A stretch of 64,000 nucleotides of DNA from Camelus dromedarius (lineage: Eukaryota): positions 14,818,001-14,882,000 of the forward strand of contig NC_087453.1 of the NCBI RefSeq assembly GCF_036321535.1, written 5' to 3'. The notes beneath the pieces were generated by a model. The model worked only from the letters and a program-made list of their open reading frames with translations, did not search any database and had not been told where the DNA came from. Position numbers and translations under genes: made by a program. Of the stretch, positions 51,965 to 63,726 are shown one piece after another. Position 1 is the stretch's first letter. Each line of letters begins with the position of its first letter.

Positions 51965-52675
51965 CTTGCAAATATAAAGAACTCTTGCAAGTCAGAAAAA
52001 AGAGGCAATTTTTAAAATAGGCAAATGACTTGAATAGGGGCTTCACTGTGAGGATATCCACATGGCCAGCAAGCATGTGAAAAGGTGCTGGGCATCTTTA
52101 GTTATCAGGGAAATGTGAACTAAAGACATAACAGTACACGTCCACTGGAGTGGCTAAAATTATCAAGTCAGTTGGAGCTCCCATACATTGGTGCTAGGTG
52201 TAAAAATTGTTACAACCACCTTGGAAAAAATTTTAACAATCTACATTAAAACTAAACATATAACCAATCTCATAACCTAGTAATCTTCCTCCTGTATATG
52301 TAACTCCAAGGTAAATGAGTGCATTCATCTAAAAGACATACGGTTTGTATGAACATTGGAAGTAACCCAAATATTCCTCAGCAGTAGGATGGATCCATAA
52401 AGCGTGGTGTATTTTTACCGTAAAATACTACACAGTAATACAGAGGAATGAACCACACATTAAATGATTCCATTTACGTGAAGCTTAATAGTAGGCAAAA
52501 TTAACCAGTGGTGGTAGGAGTCTGAAGTTCCAGTAGGGGCTTGAGGGTCTTCCAGAATGTTGGAAATGTTGTGTAACTTGATCTCAGTGGTACTTAAACA
52601 ACTGTGTGTATATATGAAGCTTCATCGGGCATACACTTGAGATCTCTCCGTGCTGTGTGTATGCCATACCTCAGT
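51965..52675 (+). mobile_element. Old L1 (L1MD/ME-type) 3' region, sense orientation
   Basis: ataggcaaatgacttgaatagg...aagcatgtgaaaaggtgct...acaaccaccttggaaaa. Confidence 0.75.
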
Positions 52676-53554
52676 CACTTCCAAAGTGTTAAGTTAGCAT
52701 GTCTGGCAGTTCCTTGATGATGAAGACTGTAGCTCATTTATTGCTGTAAGACCAGTGCATAAACACAAAATCACTCAATAAATAAAGTGGAAGGAATTTA
52801 GGAAGGAAATGAAGTAGGAAGTTAGTTCATTGGTTCACTGGTCTAGTTTCTTTTAACCCAGCCCCAGTTCCTTTGCTCACTGCCCGCTTGTCATAGTCTG
52901 AACTCTGTTGACTGCAAAGTTGGAATAGTGATTTTACTGCTCAGGAAAGTACACCTAGCATAGGCCCTTTGCTGTTAGCCATCTGGACAGTAGGAAATAA
53001 GTCTGGGTGTACGGAGAAGGGGGAGACTTTTTAATTACACAGTGTAGATTAAGAATAACTCTCCAGTCTGTGACCCTGGCGAGTTCAATGCTTTATTCCC
53101 TCCTGTATTTCCACCTGTCTCTCTTTTCTTCTTCCCTGTTATTTAGCATTTGACAAATACTCATTGATCACCCACTGTTGCCTGGCCTTTTCAAGGTATC
53201 TGGCTCCATCAGTGAGTAAAACAGATAAGGATCCCTTCCCTCACAAGGCTGATATTGTGATGGGAGATGGCCAGGCCACAGTAAACTGCCTCCTTTTCTT
53301 ACTTGTGGGTAGGATTCAAGCAGAACAAATACACTTACAGGGAAACAAGAGCTTAGCCTGTATTCCCCCCTTCCTTGTATGGTAGGCTCAGTTCACTTGT
53401 CTTCTTGTTAAGCAGTGGGAAAAGACTTGTCACTTTGGATTAACTTCACAGTGCCATGTGTCTAGGGGGACGTAATAAATATTTGTAGCCTTGGGGGGCT
53501 TCTGTCAACGCCTGCTGATTTCCATACTTTTTTCTACCATCTGTCCTACTTATC

Positions 53555-53581
53555 TTTTTTTTTTTTTTTTTTTTTTTTTTT
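53555..53581. repeat. Poly(T)27 homopolymer
   Basis: 27 consecutive T counted. Confidence 0.9.
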
Positions 53582-54144
53582 ACTGTCACTTTTCTGGGAA
53601 AAGCTTGCTTTAAGATCTTAGAAAATATGTTTTCTGTAATGGTATGGCTTTGGGACAGTTGAGCCCTAGAATGGGTAGACCGAAGGCTGTGATATGCAGC
53701 ATCAATCATCCTTTTGGAAAGTTCTGATCAGGAACCCAAATAGTTATTTTAAGAGTTAGGGTTGTTGTGATGCGTGTTCTTTTCATATACTGTTCTAAGT
53801 CTCATACTGTGGTAAAGATTACATCTGGAAAGGTCATGTAGTACATCTGAGACCACTGAAATAAAATTGCTCAAGTAAAGTCCTAGAAAGAATGTTAAAG
53901 CATGAGTGTTCTCATTCAAAACTTCCTGTTTAAAATTTGTTGTTTTTTAATGTGCAGAATTTTGTTAAATCAAATACTCTGTAGAAAGAGATTTCATGGA
54001 GATTAGGAGCCTAGCAATTTTGATGTGTATCTAGGGTAGAAAGTAAGGAATTAATTTGTTTCCAATTGAGATTTGTAGTCAAAAAATGATCAGTGAAACA
54101 GAAAACCATTTCCAGATGCAGAGGAGAAAGATGGTACAATTTAG

Positions 54145-54335
54145 TAGAGAATAATTACACCTCGTATTTGCATAGTGCTTACTGTCCAAAAAATGTTTTC
54201 CCGTGCCATTTTATCTTCTCAGTAACCCAGTGAGATGTGTATTTTTAACTCCTATTTTAATAGATTTAGAACTAAGTGGTATTAATTGACTTGCCCAAAA
54301 TCAGTTGCTGGTAGCTGTCAGAATTGGGACCCTCT
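54145..54335 (-). mobile_element. MIR SINE
   Basis: ataattacacctcgtatttgcatagtgctt...ttgacttgcccaaaatcag. Confidence 0.65.
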
Positions 54336-54698
54336 GATCCTAAACCCCTCAAATTCTTTTATGTTATGCCTTTCTGAAAATTTTACGCAGCAACATATAG
54401 GCCGCGCAGAGAAAGGAAGTCCTGAAACCAATTTTAGTGATGCTAAAGGCAGATCTGAAATCAGGAATCTGAAAAAGCAGAATAACTTCCCTGCTTCTGT
54501 GAGGGCGAAGGTGATATTGTGCCCAGTGGTGAGAACGTGGTGATCTTCTGATCACTCCATGGGCTGATAGGAGGGAGTCCTCAGTACTCAAAGGTGAACT
54601 TTTGGATGAAGTAATACCTAGTGTAGTATTTCTTCTAGACTAAATTCATGGCTTCTGTGGTGCCAGTAATTCTGTTTCTCTGTAACCTCCATCTCTAG

Positions 54699-54761
54699 GA
54701 GCCTCCAGAAGATGATGCAAACATCATTGAGAAGATCCTGGCGTCTAAGACTGTCCAGGAG
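54699..54761 (+). CDS. CHD6: CHD6 exon 6 (EPPEDDANIIEKILASKTVQE), start of chromodomain 1
   Basis: Acceptor ccatctctag ends 54698; 63 nt; donor GAG|gttggt. Confidence 0.95.
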
Positions 54762-55579
54762 GTTGGTGGCTGATGTTCCTGGCTTTTATATCACTAGCAC
54801 AGATTACACCCTCTGTGAAGAGATCCCTGGCGGGAGAGCCTGGCATGGTCGTTCTTGGCCGGAGTGAGAGCTGGGCAGGAACACTGCTGGGCTCGTTGAC
54901 ACTTCCTTTTATCCCCATGAAAGATTTTAGGACATAAAGTTCTTAAATACTTGAGTATGGCCCAAACCGATTTCTTTTCTTCGTTACGATCCGAGCAAAA
55001 GGTACTTAACCCTTAGTTGCTGTAGCCTGTGCAAAGCCATCAGAGGGCCAAGAAAAAGAGATGGAAAAAGGCTCCCAGTCTTTTCCTTTAGACATCTCAG
55101 GGATCCTCTAGAGAAAATTCCTGGTGTGAAAGAGTATGTTGGTGCCAGTGGGAGTGTGGTTCCATCTTTACTTCAAGTATTTATGAAAGTAAACTTCCTT
55201 ACTTTGAGAGTGAACATCGCTGGTGTTTGGGTGACAGCTGGGTGGGGGGCGCCAGGGGTGTATGTTCTCACTTATGCACGCAGCTCTCAGAGCAGCTCTA
55301 AGAGCCCGGGGCTGGTTTGGCTTTATCAGCTGAATGCTGTCCCAGCCTGACCTTGGAAGGACACCAGGAGGATCTTTTTTTTTTTACCTTATAGCTATCT
55401 GTGTGTTCAGCCTTTAGAAAACTTGCTCAAAAGCTGTCAGAAAAAGACCTGAGGAAATGAAAATATCCTCAAGAAATCTGTACTAGAACCAGGAAGAAGT
55501 GTGATCTCCCTGTTGTCTTTTGGCACAGAAGGGTGATCTGTGGGGATCTGGGCTGATAACCGCTTGCTTTTGGTTACAG

Positions 55580-55638
55580 GTTCACCCAGGAGAACCCCCA
55601 TTCGACTTGGAGCTGTTCTATGTCAAGTACAGAAATTT
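55580..55638 (+). CDS. CHD6: CHD6 exon 7 (VHPGEPPFDLELFYVKYRNF), chromodomain 1
   Basis: Acceptor ttggttacag ends 55579; 59 nt; donor TT|gtatgt. Confidence 0.95.
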
Positions 55639-55777
55639 GTATGTCTGTTTAATGTATTATTTGTACTTTATATGAATAAAACTTCTTTCTTTCATCACAT
55701 CATTATCTTCTATATTTTCCAAGAATGGCCCCTAAGGCATGACCCACAGATCTTGATTGACTCAAGTTCACCTTAGG

Positions 55778-55955
55778 CAACCATGCTCAACTTTGGCTGC
55801 ACATAGAGTCACCTGGAGAGCTTTTTAAAACTGCTGAAGCCCTTGCTCCACTCAAGACCAGTTGGCTCATACTCTGGGAGTAGTTCCCAAGGATTAGTGT
55901 ATTTTAAAAACTCCCTCTAAGTTCCCATTTGCCCGCAGAGTGGAGAATGACAGTC
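55778..55955 (+). mobile_element. MER5A1/MER5B-like MITE
   Basis: gctcaactttggctgcacatagagtcacctggagagctttttaaaa. Confidence 0.75.
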
Positions 55956-56286
55956 CTATACTTTTATGCCCTCTTGCATTTTTCTCTCTTTTTCTGCTGT
56001 GTGCCCACTTTCACTAAGATGTATTAACGATAGCCTACTTACACCTGCCCTCCCTCTGCTCTGAGCCAGTTTCTGTAGAAGCCACAGAGTGACCAGTTGC
56101 TTGCAATTGCTGCATTGTTTTGTTTTCTGTTTTTGCCCTGAAGGGCAAGGCCCTTCTAAGCTCAGTCTCCAGCAATTTCCCAACAAGCCACTCCCTGCTG
56201 CTGTGTTGGATGGTCACCCTGGTTATTGAAACACTTTAAAGCTTGATGATTTGCACTTGTCTCACAATTTATATGTCTTTGGATAG

Positions 56287-56404
56287 TTCCTACTTACACT
56301 GTAAATGGGCCACAATGGAAGAGCTTGAAAAGGATCCTCGCATCGCACAGAAGATCAAGCGATTTAGGAATAAACAAGCCCAGATGAAGCACATTTTTAC
56401 TGAG
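56287..56404 (+). CDS. CHD6: CHD6 exon 8 ([39 protein letters not shown]), chromodomain 1 C-terminal part
   Basis: Acceptor tctttggatag ends 56286; 118 nt; donor GAG|gtgaag; YVKY..FSYLHC.W motif spans the exon 7/8 junction. Confidence 0.96.
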
Positions 56405-56729
56405 GTGAAGAAATATTTACTAGCTAATTTGACCACTGCTTTTCTTGCAGTATTAAATTCCGAGTTTAAGTTTCTTGAAGTCTTGTACAGACCTATTGCT
56501 GAAGTCAAATTGCTCGGTGTGCACTGATTTATGACAAAAGCGGTCCAGATTTAAGCCAAAGAACACAAATTATCCACCAAGGAATAAGGATCAAGCCTTA
56601 TAAACTGGTAACTCATAAGCATGTGCATCTTGGTCAGAATACCTATAAATAGCTTGGGCAGAAGGAATGTGCACATAGTTCTTTCATTTCCTCATCCCCT
56701 GATCCCCAAAAGGGCAGTTCCAAAAAGAC

Positions 56730-57862
56730 TTAAAGTTTGAGTGTAAAAAATGAAAACAAAGTTAAAATATTAGGACAGAAGTAAAACAATATATAAACTT
56801 GGGAATTTCTGAGTAAGGTACCTACAGCAAGAGGAAGGATTGATGGATTTGGATATCAAAACATCTGTAGTGTCTATAAATTAGAAAATGGCCCCAAATC
56901 TTTAAGTAATTAGAAAATATATATATTCATTATGTATGTGTACATATTTCCCAATTACATACATGCAAAGCGTACATTCTTACCCTATATGGAAACCATC
57001 TTATATTTATACACACACGTTACACACACATATATACATAGCACAAATAGCTTTAATGATAAGAAATGGTCTTATAATTCAAAAAGAAAAATACAAAATC
57101 CCAAATAGAAAAAGTGAACAAATTAATGGGGAATTCAGAAAAGAGGGGAAAATTGGTCATTAACCATACAAAAATGTAGTCAATTTCACTAGCAGAGAAA
57201 TGCAAATTAAAATGGGAATCTTCTAGTTTTTACTTATCACATACTTGAAGGGTTTAAAAGTAAGTATCTGTTGCTGGTGAAGGTACAGGGAAGAGACACT
57301 CTTGTCTGCCACTGGTTGGGAGCATAAGTTAGGATGACCTGTCAGAAGAGCAGTATGACAGCAGACATCAGATGTCTCAGTGTTTGCATATCTTTTGTCC
57401 CAGCAGTTCTAATTTCGTCATTTATTTTAAGGAAGTTATCCAGTCTTTGTGCAAAGACTTAGGAATGATGAACAGTTGTTTGTATTGGTGAAAAACTGAA
57501 AACAAACAAAATGTTAGATAATAGATATTTGTTAAATGATGCTACATCCCACAGAATGCAATACTGTGCATCTAGTGAAAATGACATTGGAGGACAACTA
57601 CTAATGAGATAAAAAGAGCTTGATGTTATAAACTGTTGTTAGTTGAAAATGTCAAGCTCTTACAGTGTATGAGATGGTTCCATTTTAGGGGGTGTAGGAG
57701 AAAAAGAATCACCATAATAATGCATAGAAAATGTTTGAATATACATGAAAATGTTGACATAATTTTCTCCACTAGATGGGATCGTGGTGATTTCTATTTT
57801 CTTTAACATGTAATTTTTCAATTTTATACAGATAACTTACGAGGAAAAAAGCAATAAAAATT
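56730..57862 (+). mobile_element. L1ME-type 3' region, sense orientation, ending in AATAAA (57853-57858)
   Basis: gagaaatgcaaattaaaat...tgttgctggtgaaggtacagggaagagacactct...tactgtgcatctagtgaaaatga; boundaries approximate. Confidence 0.65.
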
Positions 57863-58722
57863 ATTTTTTATATGTAGTCACAAATACGAGACCTTAAGGG
57901 TGCATTCAGATGCCATCAGGTTGATGCCCATGCTAACCAATTCATTGTTCATGTTGTACTCCTCTTCTGCAGATGACAAAGAGCAATGTGGATAAGTGTT
58001 CTTCCTGTCCCAGTGTGGGGTCCTGTCTCTTTAGCATTAACGCTTGGCCCTGGGCCTCTCCAGGATTTCCAGGATTGTTGGAAAGCCTGTGAGAATTCGT
58101 TTTCCTGGCATTGTTTCTCTGATAGAGACTCAGGGAAAGGAAGGACTGGACTTGGGAAACCCATCTTGAAGCCCTGTTGGATACTCTTCCTCGGTTCTTG
58201 GAAGCTTTTCTTCACACCTCTATTTTAGCAAGCATTTGCAGTGTAGTGACTTGTTTACATGTCTGTGTCTTCCATTTTGAGCCCTGCGAGACAGACAGGG
58301 CCATGTCTTCCTCATGTTTCTATCCACGGTACTAGGCACAGGGTCAGTGCTCAGTCATCACTTGGCTGTGCCCGGACAAGAGAGAAGGGTTGCCTTGTGC
58401 CACCTCTGCTCCAGACCCATCAGCACTCCTATTTTTTTGGAATAAAGTCCAGACTCCTAGTTTCTGATTCATTTCCAAGATTGCAGTTTTTCCTTGGGTT
58501 GAGAATAGAGAGAAAATTGTGTTAGGGTGTGTAGAAATAATGTAACGGAGTTCACACTCCTGTGGGAAGGAATGGCTTTAGAGAAGATTGAGGAAATCAT
58601 GAAAGGAAGAAGGAATAAGAGTGGGGAGTAGTTCCTATAATACCATCTTCAGTTTTGACCTATTCAACACTTTTATTGGTAACTTGCAGAAATGATATTC
58701 TTAGGAAATTTTTTAAAACTTC

Positions 58723-58858
58723 GTTTTTTTGTGTGTTGGCGGGGTGGGGGATAATTAGGTTTATTTGTTTGTTTATTCTTAGAGGAAGTACTAGGGATTC
58801 AACGCAGGACCTCTTGCATGCTGAGCATGCGCTCTACTGCTTGAGCTATACCCTCCCC
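58723..58858 (-). mobile_element. tRNA-Ala-derived SINE (Vic-1-like)
   Basis: gggggataattaggtttatttgtttg...gtactagggattcaacgcaggacctcttgcatgctgagcatgcgctctactgcttgagctataccctcccc. Confidence 0.88.
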
Positions 58859-59511
58859 CACAAAAGTAACTTAGTTTTGAATAGAGCTTCTTCATACCCA
58901 TTATTTCCAGCTGCTTTATGACACAGCCAGGGGCACATGGGAAGGTGAAGCAGACTCAGAAGGCCGTGACTTCCCAGGCGCCACAGGTGGAGGCCATCTG
59001 TCAGACCCTGCCTCCTAAACGCCAGACCCAGCGCTGGGAGAATAAATGACAAAGTCAAAGTTCAGGCTTACCTGGACAAGATGACATGAATGAAAGAATG
59101 ACAGTGGCAATAAATTAATGTCACACATTGGTATTTTTAAATTTTTACAACTTTGGTATGGGGAAGATGCCTGGCTAGCCGTTCTAAGGAAGAAAAGATA
59201 TTGCCAGCTTAATTTCAAGTTTACTGTGAGCCAGGAGTCGGGTGGGGCTGCTTAAAAAGCAACACGAGTCCTCACAGCACCAGTGGACTAGCCCTGCTGT
59301 GCCTGCTCTTTTCATTCCTAAGTGTTGTGTTGATCTGGGGACCAGGATTCCGTGAACGGCTTTGTAAAACCCGAGAGCAGCTGCAGGAGGACTGTACCGC
59401 TGGTCCAGGGGCAGGAGCACGTCTGAGTGATTGAGAGCAAGGGCAGAAAGTGGATGCACAGTGCTAGGAGCCTGGGCTCTGGCACTGACCTCCCCCCAGC
59501 CCACCCCCCCA

Positions 59512-59526
59512 ACACGCGTGCACACG

Positions 59527-59563
<37 letters not shown>
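59512..59563. repeat. Compound microsatellite ACACGCGTGCACA(CG)5(CA)14
   Basis: 52 nt of uninterrupted purine-pyrimidine alternation counted directly. Confidence 0.95.
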
Positions 59564-59565
<2 letters not shown>

Positions 59566-60364
59566 GGGGTCCTTGGGCAGTAGCTCCTTCAGACTCAGTA
59601 GGCTCCATTTTTGCAAAGCAGAACCTCTAATAGTATCAGCCTCACAGAATACCCGGGTGGGTTAAATGACACAGTGTTGATGGAAGTGCTCAACACTGCC
59701 TGGCCCATGGTCACTGTTCTCTGCAGGTCAGCTCTCCACATCACCAGGGGATCTGGAACGCGACGTCCGAGGGCCACTGAGCACTTGGGTTTAGGGGAGG
59801 TGTTCAGATGTAGGGGAGAGAATCAACTTGGTTACTGCTGCTGTAGAGGAAGCAGTTCCCACCAATGAGTCATGGTTCCAGGGAGAAAATCAGGCCGTAA
59901 TTTAATAGTAGTAATGATAAAGGTCATGGTGTTCCGACTGAACAGGCTGAAGCAGAGCTGTCTTGTCTCTGGGTCAGGTCTTAGAGGGCAGTAAATTCCT
60001 GAACATGGGAATAAAGGAATCTGAGGATGGACTTGCCAGGAATGCTATAAAAAAGTATTTGTGCATTGATTGGAAGATGAAACTAGACAGCTCCTGAAGA
60101 GCCCTCCAGCCCTAAGGGGTGAGAAGAACACTTCCTGCAGTTCAGGAAGAGGGCTTCTGGGCAAGAAAGACCTCGGTAAACATTCCAATTCACATAGCTT
60201 TGCAACCACGGTCACTACTTATTTTAACTCTCTGAGTAGTTTTCTCATCTGTAAAGTAATTACAGCGCCTGCTGCTCCACAAATTCATCTAGAAGCTTAA
60301 ATGAAAGCACCTAGAATAACTCTGGACACACTTTAAATATTTCTGAATCTTTTTTCTTTTTGTA

Positions 60365-60540
60365 AGTACACTTTTTTTTTGAAGCATAGTGTACTTAACA
60401 GTAAACAAATCCTAAAGGTATCATTCAATGAATTTTTACAAAATAGACACGCCTGTGTAACCACCACCTAGATCAGGAAATAGAGCATTATCAGTACCCC
60501 AAAAGCTCCCCTTGTGTCTCCTTCCAATGTTAACTGTTAA
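60365..60540 (-). mobile_element. L1MB/MC-type 3' end
   Basis: aatgaatttttacaaaatagacacgcctgtgtaaccaccacctagatcaggaaatagagcatta. Confidence 0.7.
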
Positions 60541-60897
60541 CTGTTGTTGGTATTAAGAAATAAAAGAACCTAATTCTGGGTTTTGAAGGTTATCTCTGGA
60601 AACCTTCCTTGTGCTGATTTTTGTGCACTGCTGTAATGACCAACAGGTATGAACAGCGATGGCTTACCCTGGCCATGGTGCAACCTGTAAGGTGTGGTTC
60701 TTTAAATTTAGTCCTGAAGAGCAGGATCTGGGGGCATTGAAGAAATGTTGATGAGGTGACGTTTATTTTCAAGGGAACATTTTCATTCTGTGTTTTCTGA
60801 TAGGGCCCACAGTAGGAGGTCACTTGAAGATAAAACACTGGATGTTGGATTGGAGAGAAGAGGACACTTTTTAACTTTTCTTTTCTGTTTGCCTTAG

Positions 60898-60984
60898 CCT
60901 GACGAAGACTTGTTCAACCCAGACTACGTGGAGGTTGATCGCATCTTGGAGGTGGCCCACACAAAGGATGCAGAAACAGGAGAG
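60898..60984 (+). CDS. CHD6: CHD6 exon 9 (PDEDLFNPDYVEVDRILEVAHTKDAETGE), start of chromodomain 2
   Basis: Acceptor tttgccttag ends 60897; 87 nt; donor GAG|gtgggt. Confidence 0.96.
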
Positions 60985-61184
60985 GTGGGTATTTTGCCAT
61001 TCTGACTACCTTAATATGTCTTCCCTTCTTGCTTCATATTTTGCTTGTTTTGTTAACATGTGGTCTTTGTTTTCATGGCTTTTGTGTGCTGTATTGTAGG
61101 GAGGTTTTCATAGGGCAGTCAGTGTAGGACGGACTCCTTGGATCCAGTAGAAAGAATATCAGTTTCTCTCCTGTTTCCCACCAG

Positions 61185-61319
61185 GAAGTGACACATTACC
61201 TGGTGAAGTGGTGCTCGCTGCCTTACGAGGAAAGCACGTGGGAGCTGGAGGAAGACGTGGACCCTGCAAAAGTTAAAGAATTCGAATCTCTGCAAGTTCT
61301 CCCTGAAATTAAGCACGTG
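61185..61319 (+). CDS. CHD6: CHD6 exon 10 (EVTHYLVKWCSLPYEESTWELEEDVDPAKVKEFESLQVLPEIKHV), chromodomain 2
   Basis: Acceptor ttcccaccag ends 61184; 135 nt; donor GTG|gtaatg; YLVKW..LPYEESTWE chromodomain signature. Confidence 0.97.
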
Positions 61320-62113
61320 GTAATGTATCCGTGTCACTCTTGGCACCTCTTATAATGTATAATTTTAGGGCCTTGGCAATCCTGGATGTCTGTGGGCTGA
61401 GCTCCCAAGTGGTTTCTCTGTCTCTTACTACCTGTGGTTCAGAGTATGTTTCTCCCCAAATTACACTTTATTAGCACTCAGGTCAGCTTAGGTCTGGACT
61501 CTACTTTGACGTATGTGACATTTAAGAAGCTTGAACATGAGCTTTGATTTCTTGGTATATGGCTGTTAGATGGAGTTAGTAAGATAGAAGGAGTAAGAAA
61601 TACCTGGCTTGGGAAAGAAGCTTAGTAAGTTGTTAATAATCTTTCTTGTTTTCTACTTCTTATCTCTTGCTCTATCGGTGATCTCTTTTCTTTGGTTTTA
61701 TCCTTTGCTTTTACTCAATTGGAATGTTCTTAAAGGGGAGAACTATCCTTTATCTATGGATCCCTGGGACTTCACAGAGAAACCATAGGTTTTCAGTATA
61801 TGTTTGTTGAGTTGGTTTGTTTTTCTGACTCTGGATTATTACTACCAAGCTGCAAAAGTGTGGGCCTGTTTCTCTTCTTCATTAATTGCTTGAAATTTCT
61901 TAGAGGTGTTCTTAGTTTAATCTGGCAAAATCTAGAAAATACAGAGCCTACACATTAGTCAGAGATAGTGATGCAGTCTATAGCCAGCTTTAGGACAGTG
62001 TTTTTTTTTTTTTTGAGATTTCCCGCTTTCCCCATCATCACCCTGAGTCCCTCTCCGTGCTGCGTTCCTGAAATGTCATGCTCTGTGTCTTGTGCTCTCT
62101 GCTTTCCCCCAAG

Positions 62114-62235
62114 GAGCGGCCTGCTTCAGACTCCTGGCAGAAGCTGGAGAAGTCTCGAGAGTATAAGAACAGCAACCAGCTCCGGGAGTACCAGCTGGAG
62201 GGGATGAACTGGCTTCTTTTTAACTGGTACAACAG
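62114..62235 (+). CDS. CHD6: CHD6 exon 11 ([40 protein letters not shown]), SNF2 Q motif
   Basis: Acceptor tttcccccaag ends 62113; 122 nt; donor AG|gtgcgg; [11 protein letters not shown] motif. Confidence 0.97.
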
Positions 62236-63482
62236 GTGCGGAGCCAGAACCAGTCTTGTCTTCGCGGATGGTTCTTCTCCCAAATGTGTATGCCTCCAGG
62301 GGGACTGTGGCTTAGCCCACTTAGGGTGGCGGCAGCAGAGTGGTGAGAGAGTGCCACGTGGCCGTCAGGTCAATGTGGGGATCTTTGCACATCAGGCGTT
62401 ACCAGGACTTTATGTCACGTGTTTCTTCAGCCAAAAGGAATGGTCTTTAGACATCACTGACTTTGCCCTTTTATTCCTTCGCCAGTCTAACCAAAACGTT
62501 AGGCTCAACATAGATGAAACAAAACCCGAAAGATCCTTTAAAGCTGGTTTTTTGGGGTTTTTTTTTTTTTTAATCTCCAAGTCTGTAGCAGAAATTGTCT
62601 CTAAAGGGGAATGGCTCTGGATTGTAGCCCCAGCTCTGCTGTTGGTGGGCCATGGTGGTCTAGACTTGTAATGTCATACTCTGTTTTCAGCTCTTCGTGC
62701 TTTAGTTCCTGTGAGAAGCTGGAATGAAACAGATGAAATTTAAGAAAGATGGGTTAAGATTTTCTTAACATTCTAGAGTGGTACCACCTAGTACTGATTT
62801 TAAAGACAGCACGTAGGGGAACACACTTCAAGCTGGGACTGTGGAGACCCGTGTTCTAGCATTGTCCCTGCCACTTCATCACAGTGTGACTCAGGGCACA
62901 GCTCACTGAAGCGTTCCAGGTCTGGGGTTGCCCACCTGAACAGTGAGGAGTGAGACTGGACAGGGACCACACTCTTCAAGGGTCACAGCTCTGTGCAGTC
63001 TGTGATTCTGGGTCACTGGAGAGACCAGTGATTTTACTCTTATATGGAATTTAGTGTGGGTTAAAAGTCTGTCCTTTGATAACACAAGTGATAGACAATG
63101 AGAACCATGTAACTTTTGTTTTTATTTTTGCCTTGGCTTCCATGAAGTTTGTCAGGTACAGAAACTGGCTTAGGTTTGCGGCATTTTTCTTTCTCCTTGT
63201 CTCACTATTATTTTAATTTTTAGTACTTTTAGTTTATATTTAAGTGGGCCTGTTTGGTGTGTTTTCTCACAAGTTGCTGTAATTCCTTTTTGAAAGTAGA
63301 CAGGGTATGAATAATGATAATAAAAACTTGCCTCAGTTGCATCTCTGGAAAATGCTGATAAAGCCTTCACCAATGACCTTACAGGTCAAGGTGTGCTTCT
63401 GAAGTATGTTTTTTAGTTAAAACCAATCTCTGCCTCTTTCCTGTATTGATGATGAATTATCTGTATTTCTTACTGTCTGCAG

Positions 63483-63726
63483 AAAAAACTGCATTTTGGC
63501 TGATGAGATGGGCCTAGGGAAAACCATCCAGTCCATCACATTCCTTTCAGAAATATTCCTCAGGGGAATCCACGGCCCCTTCCNNNNNNNNNNNNNNNNN
63601 NNNNNNNNNNNNNNNNNNNNNNNNNNNNNNNNNNNNNNNNNNNNNNNNNNNNNNNNNNNNNNNNNNNNNNNNNNNNNNNNNNNNNNNNNNNNNNNNNNNN
63701 NNNNNNNNNNNNNNNGAGATGCACAG
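63483..63726 (+). CDS. CHD6: CHD6 exon 12 ([21 protein letters not shown]...RDAQ), ATPase motif I; middle hidden by N block
   Basis: Acceptor ctgtctgcag ends 63482; DEMGLGKT at 63502-63525; donor CAG|gtgagc at 63727; 244 nt span including Ns equals 1 + 81 codons of the recalled human peptide. Confidence 0.95.

Noticed and set aside
55639-55646. U12-type intron at exon 7 donor gtatgtct
   Set aside because: Does not match RTATCCTT; all visible introns look like ordinary U2 GT-AG.
62078-62671. 197-aa ORF containing exon 11 as a separate gene or isoform
   Set aside because: It is exon 11 plus flanking intron; I saw no poly(A) signal next to the stop, unlike exons 3 and 8.
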